64,000 nucleotides of DNA from Felis catus (taxonomy: Eukaryota): the NCBI RefSeq assembly GCF_018350175.1, contig NC_058368.1, forward strand, positions 156,676,001-156,740,000. The letters are read 5' to 3'. Below are positions 53,769-64,000 of the stretch, one piece after another. How positions within the stretch are numbered: position 1 is the first letter of the stretch; every line of letters begins with the position of its first letter. The notes under the pieces are model-generated. The model worked only from the letters and a program-made list of their open reading frames with translations, searched no databases and had not been told where the DNA came from. Made by a program: the position numbers and the translations under genes.

Positions 53769-54099
53769 CTTAAAACAGAATAGATTAAGAGCAACAAGAA
53801 TGAGCAAAAGAAGCACAGAAACAAGGAAGCAGTCAGGTAACAGGGGAAATCCACGAGGACAGTAATATAGGAGAAAGTGAGCTGCCCAGAGAGGCTGTAG
53901 ACAGACAGAAATTGTCGCATACCTCTGCTTCCTTCCTGTCTGTGCAGTGTTCACTGATGTTCACAAAGAGATGCCCCCGGGGTGCTAGCTCACCACCCTC
54001 AGGTCAAATAAGGTCAATGCTCTGCGGTTACAAAGTCAAGAAAACTTCATGTTTTTATTAATATCTTCAGCAAGAAATGGAGAAAAAGTCTTATGGCTA

Positions 54100-54225
54100 C
54101 AGTAACCATATAATTTATCATTCAAACTGAGATACTTTGGAGAGTGAAAGGGAGTGCTCTTAATAATTATAGGGCAAAAACAGCCATAAAAAATCTCAGA
54201 GGAAGTGAAATACATGTTACAGTAC
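54100..54225 (+). mobile_element. MER94
   Basis: aaccatataatttatcattcaaactgagatactttggagagtgaaaggg. Confidence 0.8.
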
Positions 54226-54962
54226 TTAACAAGTTAGCCATGAGTTAACCAGAAAGATACGCTAAGCATAAAAGTCTGATCATCTGGTCATATCAAAGTT
54301 TTTCTACAGTTTCTTTTAGAACTGAATTACAACCCTGGGTTTAATTCTGGGATTTTCACTTTGCAATCGCCCAAACCAAACAACATGGGCCTATAAATTT
54401 CCAAGCCCGCTAAGAGTAGCAATATTTAACCACTGCTGAAAGAAGTAAAAAAAATCAGTCCTTCCAGAATGTCTTTTCCAGGACTCCCGCAACACTGATT
54501 ACTTTCCCCTGACTCCTCCACTAAATAGACTTTTGTGGAGCCTCACTTTGTTATTGCAGATAACCTTTTCCACCCATACATACAGTACATAAAATATCCT
54601 GAGCAAAAGGAAAGCAAATAAGATTTTCTTTTCTCAATTCAAAAGAACAATTCCTTTTTGGAATCAGACCCTGTAACCTGCCTTTGTGTTAATCAGATGC
54701 AAACCCTGATGAGGTGGGGCAGGAGTGAGGTCAACTATTTAACTTGAGCCCAAAATACTTATCCCCTTGTGTCAGAAATTATTAAACTATAAGTAGTTAT
54801 TTGAGGGCAGGAGGTGAGGAGACCTCTTATAAAACAGAAGAAAGATTACAGGAATCAAAACACAAAGATATGTACACAAGACCTAATTATACTATTTACT
54901 CTTGAGGTGGGGGAAAAGTTTTTTGGCCTCAATTTCTTCTTCTTTAAAAAAAAAGCCTGTGA

Positions 54963-55162
54963 GGGGCACCTGGGTGTCTCAGTAGGTTGAGCCTCCCACT
55001 GTTGATTTTGGCTTAGGTCATAATCCCAGGGTTTTGGGATTTGGCCCCGTTTGGGGCTCTAGGCTGAACGCTGAGCCTGCTTGAGATTCTCTTTTTTCTG
55101 CCTCTTTCCCCATTTGTACTCTCTCTCACTCTTTCTCAAAATGAATAAATATTAAAGAAAAT
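54963..55162 (+). mobile_element. Diverged Can-SINE
   Basis: TSD aagcctgtga. Confidence 0.88.
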
Positions 55163-56017
55163 AAGCCTGTGAAAACTAAAATAATGCAATTTATAGTGCT
55201 TTGTAAAGAATCAAATGATTTACAAATACAAAACAGATTCTTCCTGCTTTTTTTGAATTATAATATACATTGTGTATATACTACTGTTAGTGTTCATGGA
55301 TAGCTAATGAGAGATTAGAAAGTGCATCATGCTTAGGGTGACTCCTCTGCTTTCAGTGCTACCATATCACTGAATGACTGTTATCTTCACTATTTCACCA
55401 AAATATTTGTCAGAACTGAGAGCATGATAGATATTATTCGTATTGACTCTTCTGAACTTTTGTCTTTTGGTGAGTTCCCAAGCATGCTCTTTTTTTCCCC
55501 CAGAGAAAATCAGGCTGCATTAAAGTACAGAGCTATCAGCAAAGAGAGCAACTCTGAGAAGGAAAGATTTGTCAGAAAAAAAGCATCACGTACAATAAAT
55601 AACTTGTTTATTGATGTTATCTTCCTTGCCATGAGGCAAGGTATTAAGTAAGTATTTACCAATAAGTATTTTAATAGATCAGTTCTATGATTTCCAAAAG
55701 TGGGGGAATATGCATAGGAAAACATTTTGTTTCACAGGACTTGAATTTTTGAGATTCTAACAAACTCAAGAGAGAGAACTTGTGTAACAGATGTTATGCT
55801 TGATGGCAAACATTTGGGGTTTTGCTAATAAATACTTCTAGTCTTTCTGTGTTCACATCTATAAAACTGACTGCGTTGACCCATAGCCTCATAGCTTTTA
55901 TGATGAACACAGCTTCTCATTAGACTTAAATACATATCTCTACTTCTTTTGGAACAATTCTATGGCTTTCTCTTTTTTCTTTTCTGTGAATCACAAGTGT
56001 TTTGTCTTTTATTTGGG

Positions 56018-56019
56018 TT

Positions 56020-56075
<56 letters not shown>

Positions 56076-56077
56076 TC
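56018..56077. repeat. (CTTT)n tetranucleotide microsatellite
   Basis: Seen directly. Confidence 0.97.
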
Positions 56078-56599
56078 AAGTTTCTGTATTATTTCTCTCA
56101 AAGTTAACTCCAGAAAAAAACAAAGAATCAAAGTAATATTTTAGTGTCTCTATCAGGTATCAATTTTGTGGGAATAGCCTATTAACCTTTATGGTAAAAT
56201 TATATAGGAATCTTTCCAAACAATATTAAAGAGCTCCAGATAGCATGAACTCTACTACTCCCTTTATTTCAACACTTGATTTTCTTGGGACAAAAGCATG
56301 GAGATGGTAGTTTTCCTGAACAGGAAATTAACAAATTTTAGTAATTAATCTCCAACCCCACACTCCTCAAACATCCAAAGTTTAACTCATCCTCATTCAG
56401 CATTTCCCTCCCTCATTCATTCCTCCCTCTTTCTCTCCCTTCCTCCCACGCTTCTATTTTTTAATCTTTCTGGATACCCATAAAATAATTAATGTTATGG
56501 AGAATATAACTGTTTGATTATAGTCTTTGCCTTCAAAGACTATCATTAAAACAGTTTTGCATTTAAAGTCTGTGATGAAAATGGCTCTTTACCTCTTTT

Positions 56600-57036
56600 A
56601 TCTTCCTCCCAAAATACACAACCTCTGCCTAACCGTAAGGAAAACACCAGACAAACCCAAATTGAAGGACATTCTGTAAAATATCTGACCAGTAACCTAC
56701 TCAAAACCACCAAAGTCATCAAAAAAGGGAAAGCTTAAAAAATTGTCACAGCCATGAGAAGCCTAAGAGACATGGAAACTAAGTGAAATGTGGTATCCTG
56801 GATGAGATCCTGGAACAGAAAAGGGACCTTCAGTGAAAACTAAGGGTCTGAGTAAAGTATGGACTTTAGTTAATATTAATGTATTAAAACTGGTTCATTA
56901 TTTGTGACAAGTGTACCAATTGATGTAATATGTACTAATTAGTGTAATATGTAAACAACAAGGGAAATTGGGTATGGGACACATGGAAACCATCTTTTCC
57001 ATCTTCATAGCTTTTCTGTAAATCTAAAAATACTCT
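56600..57036 (+). mobile_element. L1MC-like 3' end
   Basis: aaacccaaattgaaggacattctg...gtggtatcctggatgagatcctggaacagaaaa...ttttctgtaaatctaaaa. Confidence 0.8.
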
Positions 57037-57037
57037 A

Positions 57038-57246
57038 GGGGCCCCTGGATGGCTCAGTTAAGCATCTGACTATTGATTTCAGCTCAGGTTGTGATCTCAC
57101 CATCATGAGATCAAGCCCCAAATTAGGCTCTGCACTGAGCATAAAGCCTGCTTGGGATTCTCTCTCTCCCTCTCTCTTGCTCCTCCCTCACTGACGTGCA
57201 TGTGCATGCACCCTCTCGCTCCTCTCAACATAAACATTTTTTTAAA
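57038..57246 (+). mobile_element. Can-SINE
   Basis: SINE head and body. Confidence 0.9.
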
Positions 57247-58160
57247 AGTAATATTTAGAGCCTACCTTTGTACTCTTAAAATGACAGTCTAATTACAGAT
57301 AAGAACATAAACTAGATGGTATTAGTATCCAGTTGAGACTGTGAGACACATTCACAAAGGAAGTGCTTCAAAGGAAAGAGGTCTGAGAAGTTGTAGGAAG
57401 CCTTTTGTCAGGAATAACTATGGGCATTTCTCAGTTTTCACACATCTTCAGAACCTTTCATCCATGAATTGCAATGCTCTCATCTGAGCATGATTTTCTG
57501 AGGAAAGTGTGTCATTCTCAATTATTTTTATAGTGGGAGTGAGGGGCTATGAGCAGAGGCATGAATAATAAAAAAAATAAGAAATCAAAAATATATTTCC
57601 ATTTCCTTTTGCAATATGCTTTTACATTTGTTTATGAAATTTCAAATTCTAAAATGTCACCACAGGAATGTTAATTTTATCTCCTCAGCACATAGTCTGT
57701 CCTAGAAAAGGAATTTTATGAGGGTTTTCCATACATAAATAAAATCTATTGGATTAATAAATATTAAAGCAGGATCTGCTATGGATAAATAGTGGATTCT
57801 AGAAATGATCAAGAGTTGGCTGCAGTAATGAAGTAAATACAATGAAAATAAATGCTTAGTTTAAATTATTCAATTAACTGATATTCTTTAAGTGTTCCAA
57901 AGATATAGTTAGAACAAAGTGAATAACAGCTTAAGTGTTCTCAGTACTAATTGCAAAAAAGACATCTAAACTGCCAAAACTTGAGTGATATCATATGAAT
58001 AGATAATGATGCTAGGTGTCACTTTGAATTTTTTAAAACTTCCTTATAGCTTAGCATTAAATTGAAAATCCAAAATGGTCAAATGTTTTTCATTAATAGG
58101 TATTCAGTGTAAGGAAGCTTTGATTTATTCCAGAAACATATACTATTCATCTTGGCAAGC

Positions 58161-58162
<2 letters not shown>

Positions 58163-58198
<36 letters not shown>
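58163..58198. repeat. (GT)n microsatellite
   Basis: Seen directly. Confidence 0.97.
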
Positions 58199-58200
<2 letters not shown>

Positions 58201-58394
58201 ACGTGCTTCCTGAAATTACTCTTCCTCTAACAGAAATTTTAACAAGTTTTTGGGTGGTAATGTGTTCCCTGTATCCATCTAGGAACACAGATAGCTTCCT
58301 GCCTGTGCAGTAGACAGTCCTTTCTGGGGTGGCTGGATAACAGTGATCACAATGCTGCATGCACTGATTACCTTCCAAGCACGTAATCCAAGCA

Positions 58395-58890
58395 GGTACT
58401 TTTCTCCCAACAGCTCACAATTTCCTCTTGATAACCAGTGTGGTTGTAGGCAACTAACTTGGCCCTCATCTTAAGGGTGGAGAATGTCACAAAGGTGAGG
58501 CCAATCAAATGCCCTGACTACCATGACTGGTTCAGAGTTAGGAATGTGACTGAAGCTCATCCAATCAAGGGTAAATCTTTGGTCTTGGTTGAGAATGCTG
58601 AAATAGGTTAAATCATTCCTCCTGGATGAGAATGAGGAAACATGGAGTAGCTGCGGGAATGGCTGGCAGCCACCTTGGGTTCCTGAATGGGTTTATCTGG
58701 GATAAAGTTAATAATGGGGAAGGCTAGGTGGATCGACAGAAATACACTAAATTCTCATGAATTGATTAAACCACTGAGTTAACCTCTAGATTTTCCAGTT
58801 ATATAAACCAATAAATTCCCTTTACAATTATAGTCCATTTGAGTTGTGTTTTTTTGTTATTTGCAACCCAAAGTATTTCAACTGATGACA
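58395..58890 (+). mobile_element. Old MLT1-type LTR
   Basis: ccaataaattcccttt...ttgagttg...gttatttgcaacccaaag...actgat. Confidence 0.7.
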
Positions 58891-60279
58891 TAGTTAGCAC
58901 GGATGCAGCACAAACATTGTCTCATTTATTGTGCACAAAACTCTAAGGAATAATTTACTCTTATTATCCTAGTAATACAGGTATGGGGATTGAGGATCAG
59001 AGAAATCGAATTACTTGCTTCAGCTAGAAAATGCTAGAAGTAGGATTCAAACTCTCCAGTACCCACAGCCCATGCTCTCAACCACTACACAGACACTTCC
59101 CAGATTAAAAAAAAAATCAGAAAGTAAATTAGACATTTGAGACTACACAGCAATTCTAGCTGCTCAGACCTTAATTATATTATTTTCCTTAACTAACAGA
59201 TTCAGGGTCATTCTCATGGAAAAAAAATATTTTTCTCTGCCTTCTATAATTTGTAGAGCATTTGTTTGTTTCTAATCAAACCTTTTTGGTGTCATTAACT
59301 AGACTAAGTAGCCAGATACTATTTCAGGGTAAGGGTCTTATTCAGTGTATATACAACTTTATAATTAGTAAATAGAATACAATCACACATATCGCCTTTA
59401 TATCAGTTCATGTTGTATAGAAATTATACATACCTTTCTCCATCTAAAAGGTGCAGAAAACATCTTCCCCAATGAAGTAGAATATATAATTATAGAATTA
59501 TTTTTAGATTCCAAAGATGAAAATGCACCCCTTCATTTTGCAAATAAAATGTTGCTCATTTCTTTTTTTAAACTCTTTTATATCTCCATGCCTTCAGCTG
59601 AATCTGTCCTCTTTCTCATAGTTGAAAAGGCTACCCGTGGAGCACACTATCTCACTTTCTACCAAAGTGCTAGTTCAAATTGTGAAAGCCTGAAGACCTC
59701 ACGTATTATCTAGGGTTCTGAATCTCACTGCCTCATCAACTGAGATATTAGACCAGGTACTTTTGTTGGTTCACTGCAGGACTTTGAGAAGTTCCCAGTT
59801 ATCAATAATTGGCATACTTACACTTATTTTCACAGCCAGTGGCCTGTTTCTCAGTACCACCCAGAAAGAGTTTGTTTATACAACCAGATCAAATAGGTAT
59901 AAGGTCTATTTATAAAGCCAATAAATGCATTGCTCAGTGTATTGGATATGCACTGGTCAAAGGGTAAAACATGTGGCAATTCAAACTGCTTCATATGAAA
60001 CTGTTAGTTCTGAACAGTAAGCAAATATAAATGGTATCATGTTACCAGAAAACACTGGAAGATCCAGAAATCTGCTGCCTACTTGGGGTCCTCATTAATG
60101 GATGGTGATAGGTGAGAAAAAATAGAGTTAAAAAAGAATAGCCCCACACACCATCCTCTTGTTAAAGACAAACAAGAGTGTATACATGTAGTTGAGAACA
60201 TTGCATGTAGTGCCATTTCTTTAAAACATACCCACTGATTGGCTACTCCAAATGGAACTTAAAAGTAAAAGTAAAAAGT

Positions 60280-60830
60280 AAAACTTTCCATCTCCCATTC
60301 AAACTCCTGCTTCTCCACAATTGTAACTACTAGTTAACATTTTCTTGAGTATCCTCCAAAAAAGAAAAGTTGGCACATACCTTGAAAAGATACAGATATA
60401 GGAATGAATATATTGCATGCATTATTGTGTACTTTACTTTTCTCATATAGTACATCCTAATAATCTTTTGATGTCAGCACATTCAGATCTACCTCATCCT
60501 TTCTAAGAGATGAACAGAACTCTATTAAATGTGTATACCAAAATTTATTTGATCAGCTTTTTGTTGATGGATCCTTAGGTTTCTAGGTCCTCTTCCCCCC
60601 ACTTTCCTCCACACAGAGCTGCAATGAATGTCACCTTATGCAAACTGTGGTGTACACGTTTCTGAGTATCTAATGGGTGAATTCGTACCAATAGAATTGC
60701 TAGATAGAAGTGTTTTGTTTTTAATTTTGAGAGATGTTGTCAAATCACCAATCTTCCAAAAACAACCCACAAAAGTGCATTTCCACTAAAGGTGATTGAG
60801 AGTTTCCCATTTTTCCACTCCCAAAATAGG
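60280..60830 (-). mobile_element. Old L1ME-like fragment
   Basis: atgtgtataccaaaatttattt...gttgatgga...tagaattgct. Confidence 0.6.
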
Positions 60831-62689
60831 TATTCTCAGATAATTCAAATAAGCCAGTCTTCTACAGAAGCTCACATTTAAAGATTCACAGTGCAAAAGG
60901 TAAACAAGAAATTTTATTATTTACTTGCATTTCTCCAAAATTTTTAAATTTAACCTATTTAACTTATAGCCTATTTTAACTCTTCCCAAAATTGCATTCT
61001 TCCCCCTCCAAAACTCCTCAGCATGGATCTGCCCCCAGATTCTCCTGTACTTTCCACTAATACCAGCATTCTCCTCTACACCAGCCAGCGTGGTTTCCCC
61101 TTTCTTGAGACCTGTGTCCCTTTTCCCATCCCTACCCAGACTTCTAATGCCTTGATGTTATCATTCTACTTAGCCCTTTTCCTTCTTTCCTCTGAAGTTT
61201 GGAGATGAGGAAGAAACTGAGTGAAAATGCTTTGGATACTGGGCGGGAACACATGAACTCATACCTTCAACACTGCCTCTCATACAAATTATAAATTGTT
61301 TGCCACTCTGACAGATTAAAACAGGCACCTTCTTTTGTTTTGCATGCACTTAATTACTAGTAGACTGTCTTTCGTGTCTGTGAGCCATTTATACTTATTT
61401 TTTGTGAACTGACTGTTCATATCCTCAACCCACTTTTATTTTGAATTCTTTTTAATTGACTAGTATGTGCTCTCTGTAAGTTAGGGAAATTAGCAAGGGC
61501 TGTATTCTAAAGGACATGGCTTGTGTGCATGGAGCCAGGAACCAGAGAATACACCTTTGGAATGATCCTGGTTAAAGTAGTCTCACCAACTCTGGTTCTG
61601 CCTGCTAAACTCTGTTTGCTCACAGGTTTCCAACAGAATGTCATTGCCAGAAGCCATTTGTTAGATTTTTCTTGTGCAGCTCAACAGAATTTAGTGTTCT
61701 TAAGGGTAAAACGTGGAACCTGGATTTCCTGTCCTTCTCTGAATATAGGTGGGATGATTCTATGTCCAATAGGGAGGGCAGGACCCATCCGAGTACTTTA
61801 TCTGTGGTGTGGGGCCATATCAGGGAGTAAGGATCTGGGACAGCCTGTTCAGAGGTTAAGTACAGGTGAGAGAGAAAGGGACTCTAGGGATAGAAGAAGC
61901 AAGTAGTGGAATTAATTTCATTTTTCCTGTAGAATTCAGCTGGTGTTCTGCTATGTGCTGTTGATGTTTGAAGTGGGGTTTGGAAGCCAAGGGTCAGGAA
62001 AGATTCCTTGAGACATTTTCAGCACAGAAAGGTGTTTTTATTACAGGATGGGGACAGGACTTGTTGTCAGAAAGAGCTGCACTGTGGTTGTGAGGGGTGA
62101 CTCATTATGTAAGATTCCCTATCCTATAGAGGGGAAAGTGATGTTAGGGCTCAAGGAAATTGAAACTATAGGTTTCTGGAGATTGCTTTTTTCTTGTAAA
62201 TCATTAAGACAGTTGCAAACTGATGGAGACTCATGTTCTGCATGACTGTGATCTCTATCAGTTAACCATTTGTTTTACCCTTTCCTTTGTCCCTGGGCAG
62301 CCAGGAGTATCTGAGGAATGTCACACATATCCCAAGGCTGTGGGGGCGAGGGGGTTGAGGAGGAGGGATTCTTGTGGGTGTTAGCTTGTGCTTTGCCCTC
62401 AGCTTGCCTTTTGCTCCCTCCTCACAGCCATAGGAAAAGAGCAGGATAGATGGCGTGGATATTTCTGCCTTTCCAGCAGGCAGCAGAGAAAGAGCAGTTG
62501 TACTCAGGAGAAGAGAGAGCACTGCCTATCTCCAAATGTTGGCGTAAGTGCCGCAGGGTGTGATCTTCAGCCTGCTTCACACTGATGTTGGCATTCTGTC
62601 CCTGAGTACACGAATTTTGACTACTTTAGGTAACACCCACACCCTGGGGCTCAGACTTTTCTGAGTTTCAGGCCCCACATAGCCAACAA

Positions 62690-63580
62690 TTTCCTTGACA
62701 TTTCTATTCAAATATCTCATGGGCAACTCAAACTCAACATGTCATCATCTCTGGATGACCCCATTCCACCTGGCCCCATCCTGCACTCAGGAAAAGCAGT
62801 CACTGTCCATCCTGTTGCTCAGCAGCATCCTTTCCTCCGTTTTCTCCTCAACCTTCACATCAGACACAGGAGCAAGTACCATCAAGTACACTTCCAAAAT
62901 GTGTCTTAACTCTGTCTTCTTTTCCAAATCTGTCACCACCACCCCTCGTACATGCCCCATCATCCCTAACCTGAATTTGCCCAGTAGCCTTCTGGTAATG
63001 TTTCATTCATGTCTCCCAAAGCAGCTGCAGTGATCACCAAACATAAAAATGGCCATGTTAGTCCCCTAAATTTTTTCCATGGATTTCCAAACACTGAAAA
63101 TTCCTTGTCATGGCTTACAAAATCCTGTACAATCTTCATCACCAACTTCTCCAATGTCCTCTGCAGCCACTCTCCCCTTCACTACATGCTAGCCACACAG
63201 GTCCTGTGTGAGTTGCTTGACTAAGCTCTTGTTTACTAGCGGATTTATACAGGCTGTTACTTTTGGATGGAACCTTGTTCCCCAGGCTATTTGCATGACT
63301 ATCTCCTTCTCATCCTGGAGGTATCAGCTCATCCCATCTCAGAGAGGCCTTCCCCGACCCATCTACTGAAAAAGTTCTTCATCTGCTATTATTTACCATG
63401 GTAACCTGCTGCATCCTATACTTAACTCATCATAATTTAGGAATCTTTTATGTGTGAGTAGACCTGGTTTTAGTGGATTTTATATCTCTGTGCAGTATAC
63501 CCTCATAACTCCCGCTTTTAGCAGAGTGTTTGGCACAAAGGTACTCAATATATATTTGATGAATGGATGGACAAATGAAG
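62690..63580 (+). mobile_element. L2 fragment
   Basis: tggcacaaaggtactcaatatatatttgatgaatgg 3' end and an L2-like body. Confidence 0.7.
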
Positions 63581-63859
63581 AGTGGTTCCTAGATGCAGAG
63601 AAAGTGACAGGGATAAGTGTCTCAAGATTTGGTGAAGTGAGGCTTGAGTCACGTGTCAACCAGCATCATTTGTACAAGGGGTTTGTAGTCAGTGGTTGAT
63701 ATGAGCCAAATGGGCTATGGTGGTCCCATCTTCAGATATGGAGTTTGTATTTAATATGCAAACACATACCTAATGTCTGATATATGGTACATAGTAGTTT
63801 TTGAACGTTCTCAAAATAATACCATGATAAGAATGCTTATTCTATGTTTTAGAAACAGT

Positions 63860-64000
63860 ATAACATAATGGTTGAGAAGAGAACTCTGTGGCCTACTTGC
63901 ATTTGCATCCTGACTCTTACATTTCTACTGTGGGACCTCGGGAAAGTGGCTTAACCTCTTTATGTCTCTGTTTTCCATTCTGTGAAATAGATAATAACAG
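63860..64000 (+). mobile_element. MIR
   Basis: tgtgggacctcgggaaagtggcttaacctcttt...tctgtgaaatagataata. Confidence 0.75.

Noticed and set aside
1..64000. About 100 ORFs of 60-144 aa in the supplied track
   Set aside because: Apart from the one overlapping the 45.4-kb exon and the one overlapping the candidate cassette exon, they derive from SINEs, L1, Tigger1 or microsatellites, or are chance frames, many with non-ATG starts

Overview
Mammalian genomic DNA, most likely a felid: it carries many tRNA-derived Can-SINEs, including young SINEC_Fc-type copies. The whole window lies inside MCTP1 (multiple C2 and transmembrane domain protein 1), transcribed on the minus strand. Two canonical coding exons are visible: 45467-45353 (115 nt) and 3622-3480 (143 nt). 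They are joined in frame across a ~41.7 kb GT-AG intron and encode the start of the first C2 domain. The rest is intron rich in interspersed repeats: ~25 Can-SINEs, L1, L2, MIR, MaLR and ERV LTRs, a near-full-length Tigger1, MER53 and MER94. Almost all ORFs in the supplied track are repeat-derived or chance. I see no prokaryote-type system. The observations most worth checking are: (1) a candidate 42-nt frame-preserving MCTP1 cassette exon at 53768-53727; (2) a near-perfect 43-bp inverted repeat around an old MER94; (3) a tailless 5'-half tRNA-Cys retrocopy; (4) an orphan poly(A)-tailed 77-nt insert that shares its target site with a SINE; (5) two intact solo LTRs. Repeat family names and human comparisons come from recalled consensus sequences, not from a search, and boundaries of old repeats are approximate.
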